DNA of 20,000 nucleotides from Thelocarpon superellum (taxonomy: Eukaryota): the NCBI GenBank assembly GCA_026025795.1, contig JAPEUG010000038.1:53795-73794 (forward strand), given 5' to 3'. The position numbers and the translations under genes are program-made. How positions within the stretch are numbered: the stretch's first letter is position 1; the number at the start of each line of letters is the position of its first letter. The notes beneath the pieces were generated by a model. It was not told where the DNA came from and ran no database searches. It saw only the letters and a list, made by a program, of their open reading frames with translations. This document shows positions 9,170-19,861 of this stretch, piece after piece.

Positions 9170-11674
9170 TCAGAGAGCATCGACCCCCACCGGCCCGTCT
9201 TGCCGATCGTCGTACGACGACATGGCATTCACAAGTTCAGCCTCGATGAGGGCGCTGAACTCCTCGTCGGACACGTTGGGGGTCTTATCGACGCTCAACG
9301 TCACCCCCAGCGCTACGCCGTCTCCTCGAGCTTCAGATGGGTTGAGGTGGCCCTTGAGAGACGTCGCGGTCCGCCCGTGAAAGACCACCACGTCGTCGTC
9401 GTCATCAGAGCTCTCGGCCGGAGGTGGCGCCTTGTACGGTGCTGGTCGGGCCTTTTTCGCCATGTGGTTGTTCTCGCCCAACCAGGCGTAGTCTCGCTTT
9501 CGTTTGCGAGCCGGCGCCGTTTGAGGCGGCGGAGTGGTGAGGTCAATGGTGGTGGACGAGCGCGATGAGCCTGGCAAGGGTGTGGACGAATCTAGCGCCG
9601 TCATCGGGGGGGCTTCCTCGACGGAATCGATGATATTTGCCACCTGGGCATCCACCGGTCGAATATCCTCAAGTTCCAACGCGGGGTCGGTGAGTGGGCC
9701 CGTGTTCGGGACTGCCGGTCGCAATTTCTCCGCGTCGTCGGTCGACCGCGCCAAGGTTTCCTGCAACGCCCGCGTCTCATCTCTAGAGACGGCGAGAGCG
9801 CGCTCCAGCTGTGTCACTTCCTCCCGCAGATGAGCCAGCTCGGCCTTGACATCGGCGTCTTTGGTTCGACCGGTGCGCGGGTTGACCACGGTCCATTCGG
9901 CGGCGATGGACCGGAACTTGTCCAAGTCTTTCTTCAGCGTCTTGTTCTTCTCTCGCTCAGCGGCGAGGACTTTCTGAAGCTTGGCCAAATCCTTCTCCTG
10001 AATCGTTGCCTGGGGGTCCGGAACGGGGCCCGCCATTTGTACGAGGTTCACGATTTTCGTGGTCGGTCGAGAGGGAGGAGAGATGGTGGTACGAGTGGCT
10101 GAGGGAGAAGAGTGCTGCCACTGGAGAGGTCGAGGGTAGAAGGGTGATTGAGAGGACGTGTGAGGGGGAGATGATGGATATGCCGGACGACTTCTTGCTG
10201 AGGTTACCGTGGACGCGGATGCACCGTCTGCTGATGGTATAGTGGTGGAGGCGAAGGAATTTGAGGGTGACTCCAGCGACCGTGGTGAATAAGAATCGCA
10301 GCTCTCTCCGGCCACGGAGCTGGCGGGATATATAGCGGCCAAGTTTTGCGGCGAGTCGGAGACCCGTGCTACTTTACTCAGCTTGGTGGACGGTCCTTCC
10401 GGTTCCTCAGTTTGGTTTAGGTCGTTCCCGAGACGTGGTGGGTGGGGATGTGGTTGGATTTGGAAGGGACGGTGAAGTTGAGGAGGAGCGCTGGTGTCCG
10501 GCCTGACAGTGGGCGTGTTGCTTAGCTTCCGGGCAGTTGGGTCCGGCCGGTCATCTACAACGATGGAGTCATGCGAGCGGGGGTCAGGTTCGGAGTTCCG
10601 GAACGAACCTCCAGCCGACTCCTGCTTGAAGCGACCCAGGGACTGGTCAAGTAATTCGACCGAGGGAGGGCCAACGGGCTTCACAGATTCATCATCCATT
10701 TCACCCCGTAAATTCATGGAGTGGTGCCCGCGGCAATAGCCGGCATCGAGACCCGAGGACGGCGGCAGGTGGTGGTCCCCACCGACATCAACGCACGTAG
10801 TGGAGACTGCACCTTGGTCAAGAGGGATCCATGGACAAGTAGCCCCTGCCAAGGTAACTCTTGCCTCTTTCTGCAGGCTTTGACTGTCGCTGGATGAGTC
10901 GTCAGCGAAATGTCGGGACAGAGGGCTAAACCAACCCAGAACTCGGCTCGGTAGGACGGAAACGTTGGCGGCGGGTATGTTGGCAACTGACCGCGCTTCA
11001 TTTGGGGCACAATTGAGGTCCGCCGCACGGTGGGAAGGAGCGACCGGGCTCCGGGGAAACCCTGCCCACCCTGCCCACCCTGCGTCTCCTCCGCCTGGAA
11101 CCGGTTCACATGGGCATGAGGTCGAGGAATGATCAGTGAGCCCTTCAGATCGTGCACTACACGAAATTATGCAGCGAGGTTCCAACCCTAAGTTCACCAC
11201 GCTGTCTCCCAACTTAGGCGTGATCACTTCGCCGACACTCGTACGCGATGCGGGAGTTATAGACGTCGGTCCGGTCAGGGAGTCAGGGGGTCGGCTGTCC
11301 AGGGAGGAGCAGCAGGTCGGCGTGTGGGTGGCATGATCATCGCGGTGTCGATCTTGCAAACCGGCGGCGGAGATCACAGCTTCATCCCGGACGTCTCCTT
11401 GCACCTCTCGGACGGTGGTATCCTCCAAGAGCCATGGTGGCCCGTGAGAGGCCGAGCGCAATTCAATGTGTTGAGGCTGCAGTCCAGGGAGGAGTGTAAG
11501 CCCCGGATCATCCATTTGGCCCAGTCTACATGAGCGAGCTGGATTGGCATGGGTACCTTCGGCCGCTTGCCTCGCCATCCTCTTGAGCGATGGGAGAGCG
11601 GTCATGCAAACAGTCGACCACCGTCGTGGGCTGGTATCGAGAGAGCTCTCACGTCCCAAAAGGAGAGTTGGCAT
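9170..11674 (-). CDS. Hypothetical protein (up to 834 aa): Ser/Pro-rich disordered N-terminal two-thirds, C-terminal coiled coil, NLS-like and SIM-like motifs
   Basis: 2.5-kb stop-free ORF, divergent from LST8 (411 bp apart). Coiled coil EKDLAKLQKVLAAERE...ETRALQETLA, plus RKRKR, TIDLT and DDDDDVVVF. The true start codon is uncertain (several in-frame ATGs). Confidence 0.7.
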   Translation of the reverse strand: MPTLLLGRESSLDTSPRRWSTVCMTALPSLKRMARQAAEGTHANPARSCRLGQMDDPGLTLLPGLQPQHIELRSASHGPPWLLEDTTVREVQGDVRDEAVISAAGLQDRHRDDHATHTPTCCSSLDSRPPDSLTGPTSITPASRTSVGEVITPKLGDSVVNLGLEPRCIISCSARSEGLTDHSSTSCPCEPVPGGGDAGWAGWAGFPRSPVAPSHRAADLNCAPNEARSVANIPAANVSVLPSRVLGWFSPLSRHFADDSSSDSQSLQKEARVTLAGATCPWIPLDQGAVSTTCVDVGGDHHLPPSSGLDAGYCRGHHSMNLRGEMDDESVKPVGPPSVELLDQSLGRFKQESAGGSFRNSEPDPRSHDSIVVDDRPDPTARKLSNTPTVRPDTSAPPQLHRPFQIQPHPHPPRLGNDLNQTEEPEGPSTKLSKVARVSDSPQNLAAIYPASSVAGESCDSYSPRSLESPSNSFASTTIPSADGASASTVTSARSRPAYPSSPPHTSSQSPFYPRPLQWQHSSPSATRTTISPPSRPTTKIVNLVQMAGPVPDPQATIQEKDLAKLQKVLAAEREKNKTLKKDLDKFRSIAAEWTVVNPRTGRTKDADVKAELAHLREEVTQLERALAVSRDETRALQETLARSTDDAEKLRPAVPNTGPLTDPALELEDIRPVDAQVANIIDSVEEAPPMTALDSSTPLPGSSRSSTTIDLTTPPPQTAPARKRKRDYAWLGENNHMAKKARPAPYKAPPPAESSDDDDDVVVFHGRTATSLKGHLNPSEARGDGVALGVTLSVDKTPNVSDEEFSALIEAELVNAMSSYDDRQDGPVGVDAL

Positions 11675-12085
11675 CCCTCTACGGCTAACCTCGGATGAGA
11701 TGTGGTGTCTTCAAATACACATCTCGTCTTCATCAGCGCCGCCGCGAGCATTCTCTGAGCTCAGTGCAGGATGTCAAGACTCGTAATCTTGTTGCGCAGT
11801 TTGGCACGCTAGACGCTTTGGAGACATCCGTGATTCATCTTCGTCTGACGGCAGCTGCCGGCAGCGTCCGGTGCACTCTCGGTCGCCGTATGTCTGCCCG
11901 GGCGGTTAGAGCCGAGATAGAGCCAAGTTTGGCCCATCTCTCCACGCCGTCGCTCTCTTCAAGATGACGGAACGAAGGACAGTCTCTCTCCGTCACAGCT
12001 CTGATCGCTGATTGATCATCGATATGTTGGATGAGGCCAGAAGTCAGACCACCCATCTATCTTTGCCTTTCTTGCTACTGCCAGC

Positions 12086-13222
12086 ATGAGCGTCATTCTC
12101 TGTACCGGTAGGATTTCGAACCCCGCCAAACGACGATGCTACATGGCAGAATGCTGACAGGTCCGTCAGCGGGGTATGACCATACCATTCGGTGGGGAGC
12201 TCTCCGCCCATCTCGCTTGGCCTTGATCTAATTGATTCAGGTTCTGGGAAGCGCTCTCGGGCATCTGTTCTCGGACGATTCAACATCCAGACTCGCAGGT
12301 CAATCGTCTCTGCATTTCGCCGGACAAGCGCTTTCTCGCCGCGGCAGGACGCCATTCGGTCAAGCTCTACGACATCAAGTCGACGAATCCGAGCGCTGTG
12401 CTCACCTTCGAGGGCCATACGGGCAACATCACGGGCGTTGGCTTCCACTGCGAGGGGAAATGGATGGTGACGAGCTCGGAGGACAACACGGTCAAGATCT
12501 GGGACACGCGCTCCGGCAGCATTCAGCGCAACTACAACTGCGGAAGCCCCGCCACGGACGTGGTCATCCATCCCAACCAGGGCGAACTCATCAGCGGGGA
12601 TCGCGAAGGAGCCGTCCGTATCTGGGACCTCGGCGAGAGCAAATGCACGCATCAGCTGATCCCCGAGGAGGATGTGGCCATTTCGAGTGTCACTGTCGCC
12701 AGTGACGGGACGCTCCTCTGCGCCGGGAACAATCATGTCCGCTCCTTTCCCCCGTCCTCGATTCCGCTTGGTTCTGACTGACCGGCGCAGGGAAACGTGT
12801 ACGTGTGGCGGATGATCCAAGAGCGCGACGTGACGTCCCTGGTCCCGGTCACCCGCTTTCAAGCGCACCACACCTACATCACTCGCATCTTGCTCTCGCC
12901 GGACGTGCGTCACCTGGCGACGTGTTCCGCCGACCATACGGCCAAGATCTGGCTCGTCGACAAACACGCCGCGCACAACCCGACGATGGACGGGCCCGAA
13001 GCCTCGCACCCCAATGCATTCCCGCTCGAGACGACGCTGCACGGCCATCAGCGCTGGGTGTGGGACTGCGCCTTCTCCGCCGACTCGGCGTATCTGGTGA
13101 CGGCGTGCTCGGACCACTACGCGCGACTATGGGAACTGTCCTCGCAGAGCATCATCCGTCAGTACAATGGCCATCATCGCGGCGCCGTGGCGGTGGCGTT
13201 GAATGATTACAGCGAGCGATAG
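12086..13222 (+). CDS. LST8: TOR complex subunit Lst8 (WD40 repeat, ~323 aa)
   Basis: Exons 12086-12107, 12170-12191, 12241-12736, 12791-13222; introns of 62, 49 and 54 nt. Spliced protein [45 protein letters not shown]...FEGHTGNIT...HPNQGELISGD...GHQRWVWDCAFSADSAYLVTACSDHYARLW...YNGHHRGAVAVALND is diagnostic of Lst8. Confidence 0.97.
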
Positions 13223-13519
13223 GGAAAGAACCGGGGGGTAATCATCACCGTCTATGGCCCCCTTCTCTCTTCCTCTCTGTCCGCGCATCTGGTTTTGGGA
13301 TCCAGGCATCCACGTGGATACCGGCTCTGCTTTTTCTCTTTTCCTCTCTTTTCTTCTGTCATGGCGATGCATCTAGGCGTCACAGTGACGAGCGATGACG
13401 AACCCCCCACATGGCGCTGGATGTGGCGTCTAGGCCCGGTGGTGCGACGAAAACACAATGATATAGTATGGACCATGTCCCGATATGTACGACGAAGAGC
13501 CAAAAAGCATAGCGAAGCG

Positions 13520-14554
13520 TCAAAGCAGTGGCAGAGTCCACAGACCATCGGCACTGGCATAGTTGAGATGGAACGACGAGTCGTTGGCGGGCGAAGGCTG
13601 CCGGAAGAGGGTGAGGTTGCCAAAGTCGATTCTCTGCGGGAAGACGTGCACCTGGTCTGGCTGTAGCGCGGAATAGTTCACGCCCAGCGCGGTATAGTTC
13701 ACGCCCAGCGCGGGGCATTCGCCTGGTACGCCGCCTGGTGTGCTTGGGTTGGTGGTGGCGTTGGTCCCTTTTTGCGCGTGGTTGCCGCCGTCGCCCTGGT
13801 CTGGTGGTGGAAGCCCACCGTTCTCCTCCAGCGCCTGCTGCTCCTCGTCCAGCTGCGGCTTATCCTGCTCCGTCATGCCTGCATCTTCCAGACCTCGTGG
13901 ATGCAGCATTCGCAGACAGGGTTGTAACCTGGCAATATTCCGCAGCTGACCATCCCAAGGCATCCGACGAATCTGCTGTATCACATGGCGGCTGATGCGA
14001 ATGGCATACCACGAGGACAGTAGCATGGCGCTTACAATCAAGTTGCTCTCGATTGCCACGAGCTGTGCACCCTCTCTCGCCGCATTCGCCTGGATGTCGA
14101 AAAACGCGGCGCCGGTAAAGTGGTGTCCTGTCATGGTAAATTCTGTCATATTCGGCCCCACTACCTGGCTGATGGGCCGTCCACTGCATCCCAGTGGGAG
14201 GAAGGGTAGGTAGTGGTTCCATCCCGCCCTCCAGACTTGACTTAATTTCGAGACGGCCGTCCGCCCGGCGTAAGCGGTTATGACGCTTCCAGGCGTGACC
14301 AGGTGGAGGTTGAGGAAAGTAATTTGCTGGAAGGGGGCGGGCGAGTTGAGGCACTGTGACTCTCCCACCGCCCAGTCGTACGCGGCGACTGGTCGCATGT
14401 GGACGTAGTGATCGACGGTCTGTCCAGTTGGTAACTTGATTTTATGTGTCACACGGAGATCTAGGGTCGCGTTGTGGAAGATGACTCTGATGGCATTGCC
14501 TTGCACGAGGCAGATCCGCACGGCGAGCAGGAGGGCGATGCAGCCTAGCCGCAT
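13520..14554 (-). CDS. Hypothetical secreted or membrane-associated protein (344 aa)
   Basis: Single ORF starting caaccATG with a signal-peptide-like MRLGCIALLLAVRICLVQG, several N-glycosylation sequons, and a second hydrophobic stretch LIVSAMLLSSWYAIRI. No family recognised. Confidence 0.6.
   Translation of the reverse strand: MRLGCIALLLAVRICLVQGNAIRVIFHNATLDLRVTHKIKLPTGQTVDHYVHMRPVAAYDWAVGESQCLNSPAPFQQITFLNLHLVTPGSVITAYAGRTAVSKLSQVWRAGWNHYLPFLPLGCSGRPISQVVGPNMTEFTMTGHHFTGAAFFDIQANAAREGAQLVAIESNLIVSAMLLSSWYAIRISRHVIQQIRRMPWDGQLRNIARLQPCLRMLHPRGLEDAGMTEQDKPQLDEEQQALEENGGLPPPDQGDGGNHAQKGTNATTNPSTPGGVPGECPALGVNYTALGVNYSALQPDQVHVFPQRIDFGNLTLFRQPSPANDSSFHLNYASADGLWTLPLL
13665..13713. repeat. 21-bp tandem duplication (~2.3 copies) encoding ALGVNYT-ALGVNYS-AL
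   Basis: agcgcgg-aatagttcacgccc-agcgcgg-tatagttcacgccc-agcgcgg. Confidence 0.85.
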
Positions 14555-15133
14555 GGTTGAGGATGCCCGACACCACCCGCTGGAGTCATGAGACCAGCTT
14601 CAGGAGCGTCAGGTTGAGGGGGAGAATGAGAGAGTGGGCGATCGAGAGAGCTCTTAAGAGAGCCTTGGAACGCTTGAGGGCAGCGAATCTGGCACATCAT
14701 TAACGCCCACGGCCAGAGAGTTCCGGACGATTCTTAAGTAGACACGGTACAGATGCACCGCCGTCACCACTGGATAGAAACCCCGCCTGACAGGATTTGC
14801 AAAGGATGGTCTAAGGATCTGCTCGTGGCGGTCGATAGTCCGAGCGCGTGTAGCTCGAATGCGTAGCCGGCGTTGGCCCTTGTTCAAGGCGCGTTGTGCG
14901 TAAGCATGAAAACATGCGCATAATCGCCTGTCAGACCATAGAAAATGCTTTGGCGTCAGGCAGGAAAGCGTGGTCTAGCACCTAATGCAAGCGGGGCCTC
15001 ATGCTGCAATGTCCCATGCTTGACCACGGGTAAAGCCGTCCGACGAGAGCCACTCGGGCTCCCGTGCCTCCGTGGCTGCACGATCCACGGACGAGGGCAA
15101 CATGCTCGCTTGCTTGCCGGACGGATGGGTCGT

Positions 15134-15163
15134 TGTCGGTGTCGGTGTCGGTGTCGGTGTCGG
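15134..15163. repeat. (TGTCGG)5 intergenic hexamer microsatellite
   Basis: Five perfect copies read directly. Confidence 0.9.
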
Positions 15164-15786
15164 ATGTGTTGAGAGCGTGAATATCGGGAGTTCTCCGTGT
15201 CTAGCCGGACCAAACGAGCGACCTCGTCCCCCATCTCCTTCCTCCCACATCCATCAATTGGAGGTTGGCACCCTGTCGGACATCGTTGATTCGAACCCGC
15301 CCTTGAAGCGCTCCGCGGGAATCCTTGTGAAATGGGTCATCCCGGGCCGATCGGGCCAGATACAGAGGCATCATCCATGCTGCAACAGCGTCCTGCCGCC
15401 CGTGCCAAGATGGACGCAGGCCCGTACATGGCCGTTTTAACAATCACTTCGCCCCCGCTTGCCCACGCCATCTTGATCTTCACCACAGTTCCAAGGAAGC
15501 AGGCCAACGCGCACGCGGCGCAGATGTCTCACGTCAATTTGCCTTTTTCCTGTCTCGTTACGTTCTTGGAACAGAGCCTCGTCTAGCGGTCGGTTGGTCC
15601 ATGAGCCGAGACGTCCACGATCTCGCATTTGCAAGCCGAGGTGGATGCTTGTCTTCGCATCACCGCACCACGACGTCTCTCCTGATACTAGCCGTGCTTG
15701 ATCTTCTACTTCCCCCTCTATGTCCATATCATCTGCAGCCATTCATCCACATTTATATACACTATCCCTGGAACAGTGATGGAATC

Positions 15787-18670
15787 TCACCAGCCATCGC
15801 CCCATCCGTCGTCGTCATCGCCGTCATCCTTCGGCCGTGTATCAATCGGTTTACTCGACGCAGGCGAAGTCGTCGCAGCCTTGGTGGCACCTTTCGCATT
15901 GGCCTTGCCTGCAGACAAGGTAGAGGCCGAGGTGGAATTCGTCGTCGTCGAGGTAGATCGTGCTCCGTTGCTTCCCGGGTCCGCTTTCTTCTTCGCTAGT
16001 CCCTTGGGAAGGACGTTCTTGCTCTTCGCTTGCGCTTGTGCCGTGAGCCAGCCTGCGAAGTCGGGCTCGCCTCCGTCGTCATAGGCCACGATGGGCGTGG
16101 GAGTGGATCCGTTGGTGGCAGCAGAGGTGTTAGATTTGGTGGTGGCGGAGTCTTTGGGCGTCGACGAGGCGTCAAAGAAATCATCATCTTCCATCTCGGC
16201 CCAAGCATCGCCTCCGTCTTCATCGTCTTCCCCGTCGTCGGCCTCATAGTTGGCACCATTGTCGAGGTAGTTGGGTGCAGAGGTTTGGCGGGTTGGTAGA
16301 GCGGCAGAACTGGTGGCTTGACGGGCGAGAGTGGACGCCGTGGCGGTGGAACTGGAATTGAAAGAAAATGTTCGCGTGGCGTCGGCCGAGGGCGGAGCGG
16401 AGGTGGATCGCTCTACCTTTATACGTGCGTTGGTTCCGTTGGTGCCACTCGTGGGCTGCATCTCGCCGCTGGCGGAGGCGAGTTTGTTGGTAAAGGACGA
16501 GATGGCCCAGCCTGCCCAGGACGTGTCGCTCTGCGGGGTGCCCATCCGTGGCACGGCGCCACCGGTAGCTTCGCTGCCGGGTGGGGGCAGGATGCTGTCC
16601 GGCAGAGTGGTCCCGTGCTTGCGGACTCGCTGGAGGTAGGCGTCCAGCGTCTTGTTGGCTTGCTCGCGCACCATCCTGTGACGCCGAGTAAGCCTAGTAT
16701 CCCTCGTCATGTTGAACATCACCTACTTCTCCTTGTCGATCAGAGATGGACACATCCCCGGAAGGATCCGGTTGGCGCAATCCTCCGGTGTGAAGACATC
16801 GGCCGTGGCATGCAATGCCATCAACGCGGCCATGCGTGCGTGCACAAAAGGGTCTCGAAGCGATCTGACAAAGGCGGCTGTGAGCACCTTTTCCCGTGTC
16901 TGTCGCGCAACAATTAGCCAAGTCCCGGAAGCAGAGAGAATCACGACTAACATGTGGACCAAGGTTCCGTGCAATCTTGCCCAGACAGATTGTGGTGTTG
17001 GTGCGGATTCCGGGCTGTTCATCGTTTGACGTCTTGGCCAGGTACTTGAGCAGCTCGCCATTGATCGTCCGCTCCGAGAGCTTGTTGATGACGGTCAAGA
17101 CCGACTTGACCGTTTGCTCTCGGACCACGGGTGCGACATCCGTAAAACCCGTCACCTTGCTCTTCTTAGCGGGCGCCATAACCGGGGCTGGACCGGTCTT
17201 ACCAACTGGGGGAAGATTTTCGAGTTGACCACCTTCTCCGGCAGATGGTCGATCATCAGGGGGAGATGATCCAGCAGGCAGACGCGAATGGCGCGGTCTG
17301 GACTGGCAAAGAGCCGGACAATGACGGGCGTGATCCTCGCATCGTATTCGTCGTCCGACAGCTTCGTGCCGATTCTCATGATGACTCCAAACACTTTAGG
17401 TCCCCCGCCACCAAATTCCATCGACTTGAGAAGCTCGGGTAGCACCTTCATCTTGAAGAATTCTTCGGGAAAGTCGTCCGATAATTCTCCCAGCTCGCTA
17501 GACATCCCGAGATCAATGTCATGGCCGGTGCTGGAGCGGATGGAAAACCCCACCTGAGAAATTCTTCCCGCTCACTTTCGTTCTTCAGACCAAGATTGTC
17601 CACGCCTTCGGTCACCCGGATCAAAGGTGTTTCGAAGAATCCACCGCTTCGCCGCCCCTGCTCCAAGAAGTGCGCCACGCTGAGTCGAGTTTTCGGATTC
17701 GAGTTGACCAATCGTTTGTAGCTTTGGTGCATGCTGGGGGGAACGTTCTTGGTCTGCCCGGCCTGATCAAGGCCCATGCTCCCGCCGTTGAAGACTTCAT
17801 AGATCAAGGTTCCAAGATTATAGGAATCGACGGCTGAGATGGGATTACGTTTGATCGTATCCCAGCCCGACCGCGCCACCTCGGGCGGTGCATATCGTCC
17901 GGAGTCCCTCAAGAGACTCCCGTAGTTCTTGCTCACGGTCAGTTGAGGCAGCTGAATCGAGTCAGATGCCATACGTAGATGACCGCCTCATCATCTTTCA
18001 TCGAGCTCAGCACATCGAATCCTCCGAGTCGCCACTCGCCGCTCTCACTCGTGAAAATGGACGACGTCCGTAAATTCCCATGGACCGAAGAAGCCTCGTC
18101 GTTGATGAACTTGATCGTCCTCTGACCATCCGAGATCAGTCGTGGTTCTCGCCAGCGGGTGGGCGACGGAGACACCATACCGCAATATTATATAATCCCC
18201 ACTTGGTCGTTTCCGTGCTCAGACTCTGCCGTCGAACGTGCCATGCCAGTGGCGTCACTCGCTCCGTTGCCATGTAGATGTATGTCTCGGTCTGGAACCG
18301 GCTTCAGCATCCACCGATCTCTATGTCTAGGCACCCCTGTTCACCTCGACCGTGTCCAGCACCTTGACCACACCCGGATGCCGTAGAGTCCGCAGCTTGC
18401 GGACCGCGTTGCGCGCTAACGGTAAGCTCGATTTGTTGGCCGTGACGTCGAACGAGAAAATGCTGCAATTCGATCCATCCTCCTGGGAGGGGCAACGGCA
18501 TGAGCAGGATCTCGGCGTGTAGGCCCAACGAAAAGAGGACTTCGTACCCGCTTGGTCCCATTGTACAATGCCCAACTACATTCATCATGATCCACTCGCT
18601 CGCCAAAGGTGTAGGGAAAGGGAGGCCCCTTGGAGATGGCCGAGGCCACGGCGGACTTGAGGAAGTCCAT
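15787..18670 (-). CDS. CEX1: SCY1-family pseudokinase with HEAT repeats, Cex1/SCYL1 type (~817 aa)
   Basis: Nine exons: 18670-18548, 18482-18345, 18291-18181, 18121-17975, 17927-17554, 17497-17203, 17155-16952, 16899-16727, 16675-15787 (2454 nt, frame preserved across eight 47-65 nt GT-AG introns). Motifs MDFLKSAVAS, KLRTLRHPGVVK, VHGN and GGFD in place of HRD/DFG, IRVCLLDHLP, DEQPGIRTNTTICLGKIA, SWAGWAISSFTNK, C-terminal DDGWGDGW. Confidence 0.93.
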
Positions 18671-19861
18671 CTCCTCGGCCGCTCGACGAGATGGTCGCCA
18701 AGATCCTCACGCCGTATATGAATACAGATCCGAGGACGACACGGGACTCGTGGACGGGAGCGATCCAGACATGGGCCTGTCAACAGTGACGTCTGGTGAA
18801 GAGATCCGTGAAATCGTGGTGAGGGCGGACGTGTTGACTCGGCCACGATGGCTACGATAGCCGTATGCGGCGCCTGGCGGCGATTGATAAGATTACGCGA
18901 CGTCGCGATGTGGTGGACAGTCACTTCATCCTCGCAGCAACTCCTCGCTCTTCGCCGCACATGTCTCGCCGGACTCGGACTCTCCCACTGCTTCAACTAT
19001 GTTGACCTGTAGAGCTCCGGTCGTCTACAGGTGTCTTTTTTCACATCAGCCGCTTCTTTCCGTTTTGTATCCTACCATGGACGGTCCGCGTAGTGTCAGA
19101 GACGTTGCACCGTCCTACGCTCCCTGTAGCGATCCCCTACACCTCGACCAGCCCTCTAGACCCCCGTAAGAAGATGCACGCCATCTCTTTCGTGTGTCTC
19201 TACCATGTCTCTAAGTTGTATCGTCATTATCATTTTGGCGTATGTGGATTCCAGGTAGGATGAAGACTTCCGATGGAGGCGAAGACTCTGCTACCGCGCC
19301 GTGAAAACGCCATGGGGGCCATCGAGAGGTACGAAACGCCATCATTTCCTGCCTCCTTCCTCCCGTCCATACCATGGTGTCAATGATGAGGTTTTGGTAA
19401 AAGGTCGGACTGTACAAAGTCTGTCAACGGTCCGCGATCTAGCGGCGTCTTGTGTTGAGGATCCTATACCCGTTCCCTCTGCCCATCTTTTGGCCGGAAG
19501 CACCTGAAACCCGTCAGAAGCGTCCATGGCGTTGAAACTGTGCAAAGATCCATCTGAACGACCGTCTTGAAAGCCTGAGATGTGCCGCTCGTCGGTTCGC
19601 CGCACACATTGACGTCTCACGACGGCATCGCTACATGGGGCGCCGGCTTGCTCTACTCTAAGAGTCGGTGCCAATGGCAGCGGTGTAAAATCGGTCGTTT
19701 ACCCCAGTATCTCAACGCCTTCGGTCTCTTCCTGATGTGGTCTCCTCCGCCGAAGCTGGGCAGGGTTTGAACAGGGATAGGAGAGACACGAGCTGCTTGT
19801 TGATTGCTGGACCTTGGCCGAGAACAGCTTGACGACAGTTGAAAACTGAAAAGACCTGAGA

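Noticed and set aside
12044..13117. 357-aa antisense ORF covering LST8
   Set aside because: Shadow ORF expected from GC-ending codons on the sense strand; no recognisable protein features.
15437..15742. ORF beginning MAADDMDIEGEVEDQARL
   Set aside because: Starts only 45 bp after the CEX1 stop on the same strand, so probably within its 3' UTR; the remainder is not protein-like.
17975..18121. Missing HRD/DFG catalytic motifs in the kinase-like domain as a sign of pseudogenisation
   Set aside because: Normal for SCY1-family pseudokinases; the reading frame is intact across all nine exons.
19077..19260. ACCATGG start divergent from CEX1 with a GTAAGA donor-like site at 19166
   Set aside because: Only 30 codons unspliced, and the acceptors I tried lead to early stops. 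RNA-seq would be needed.
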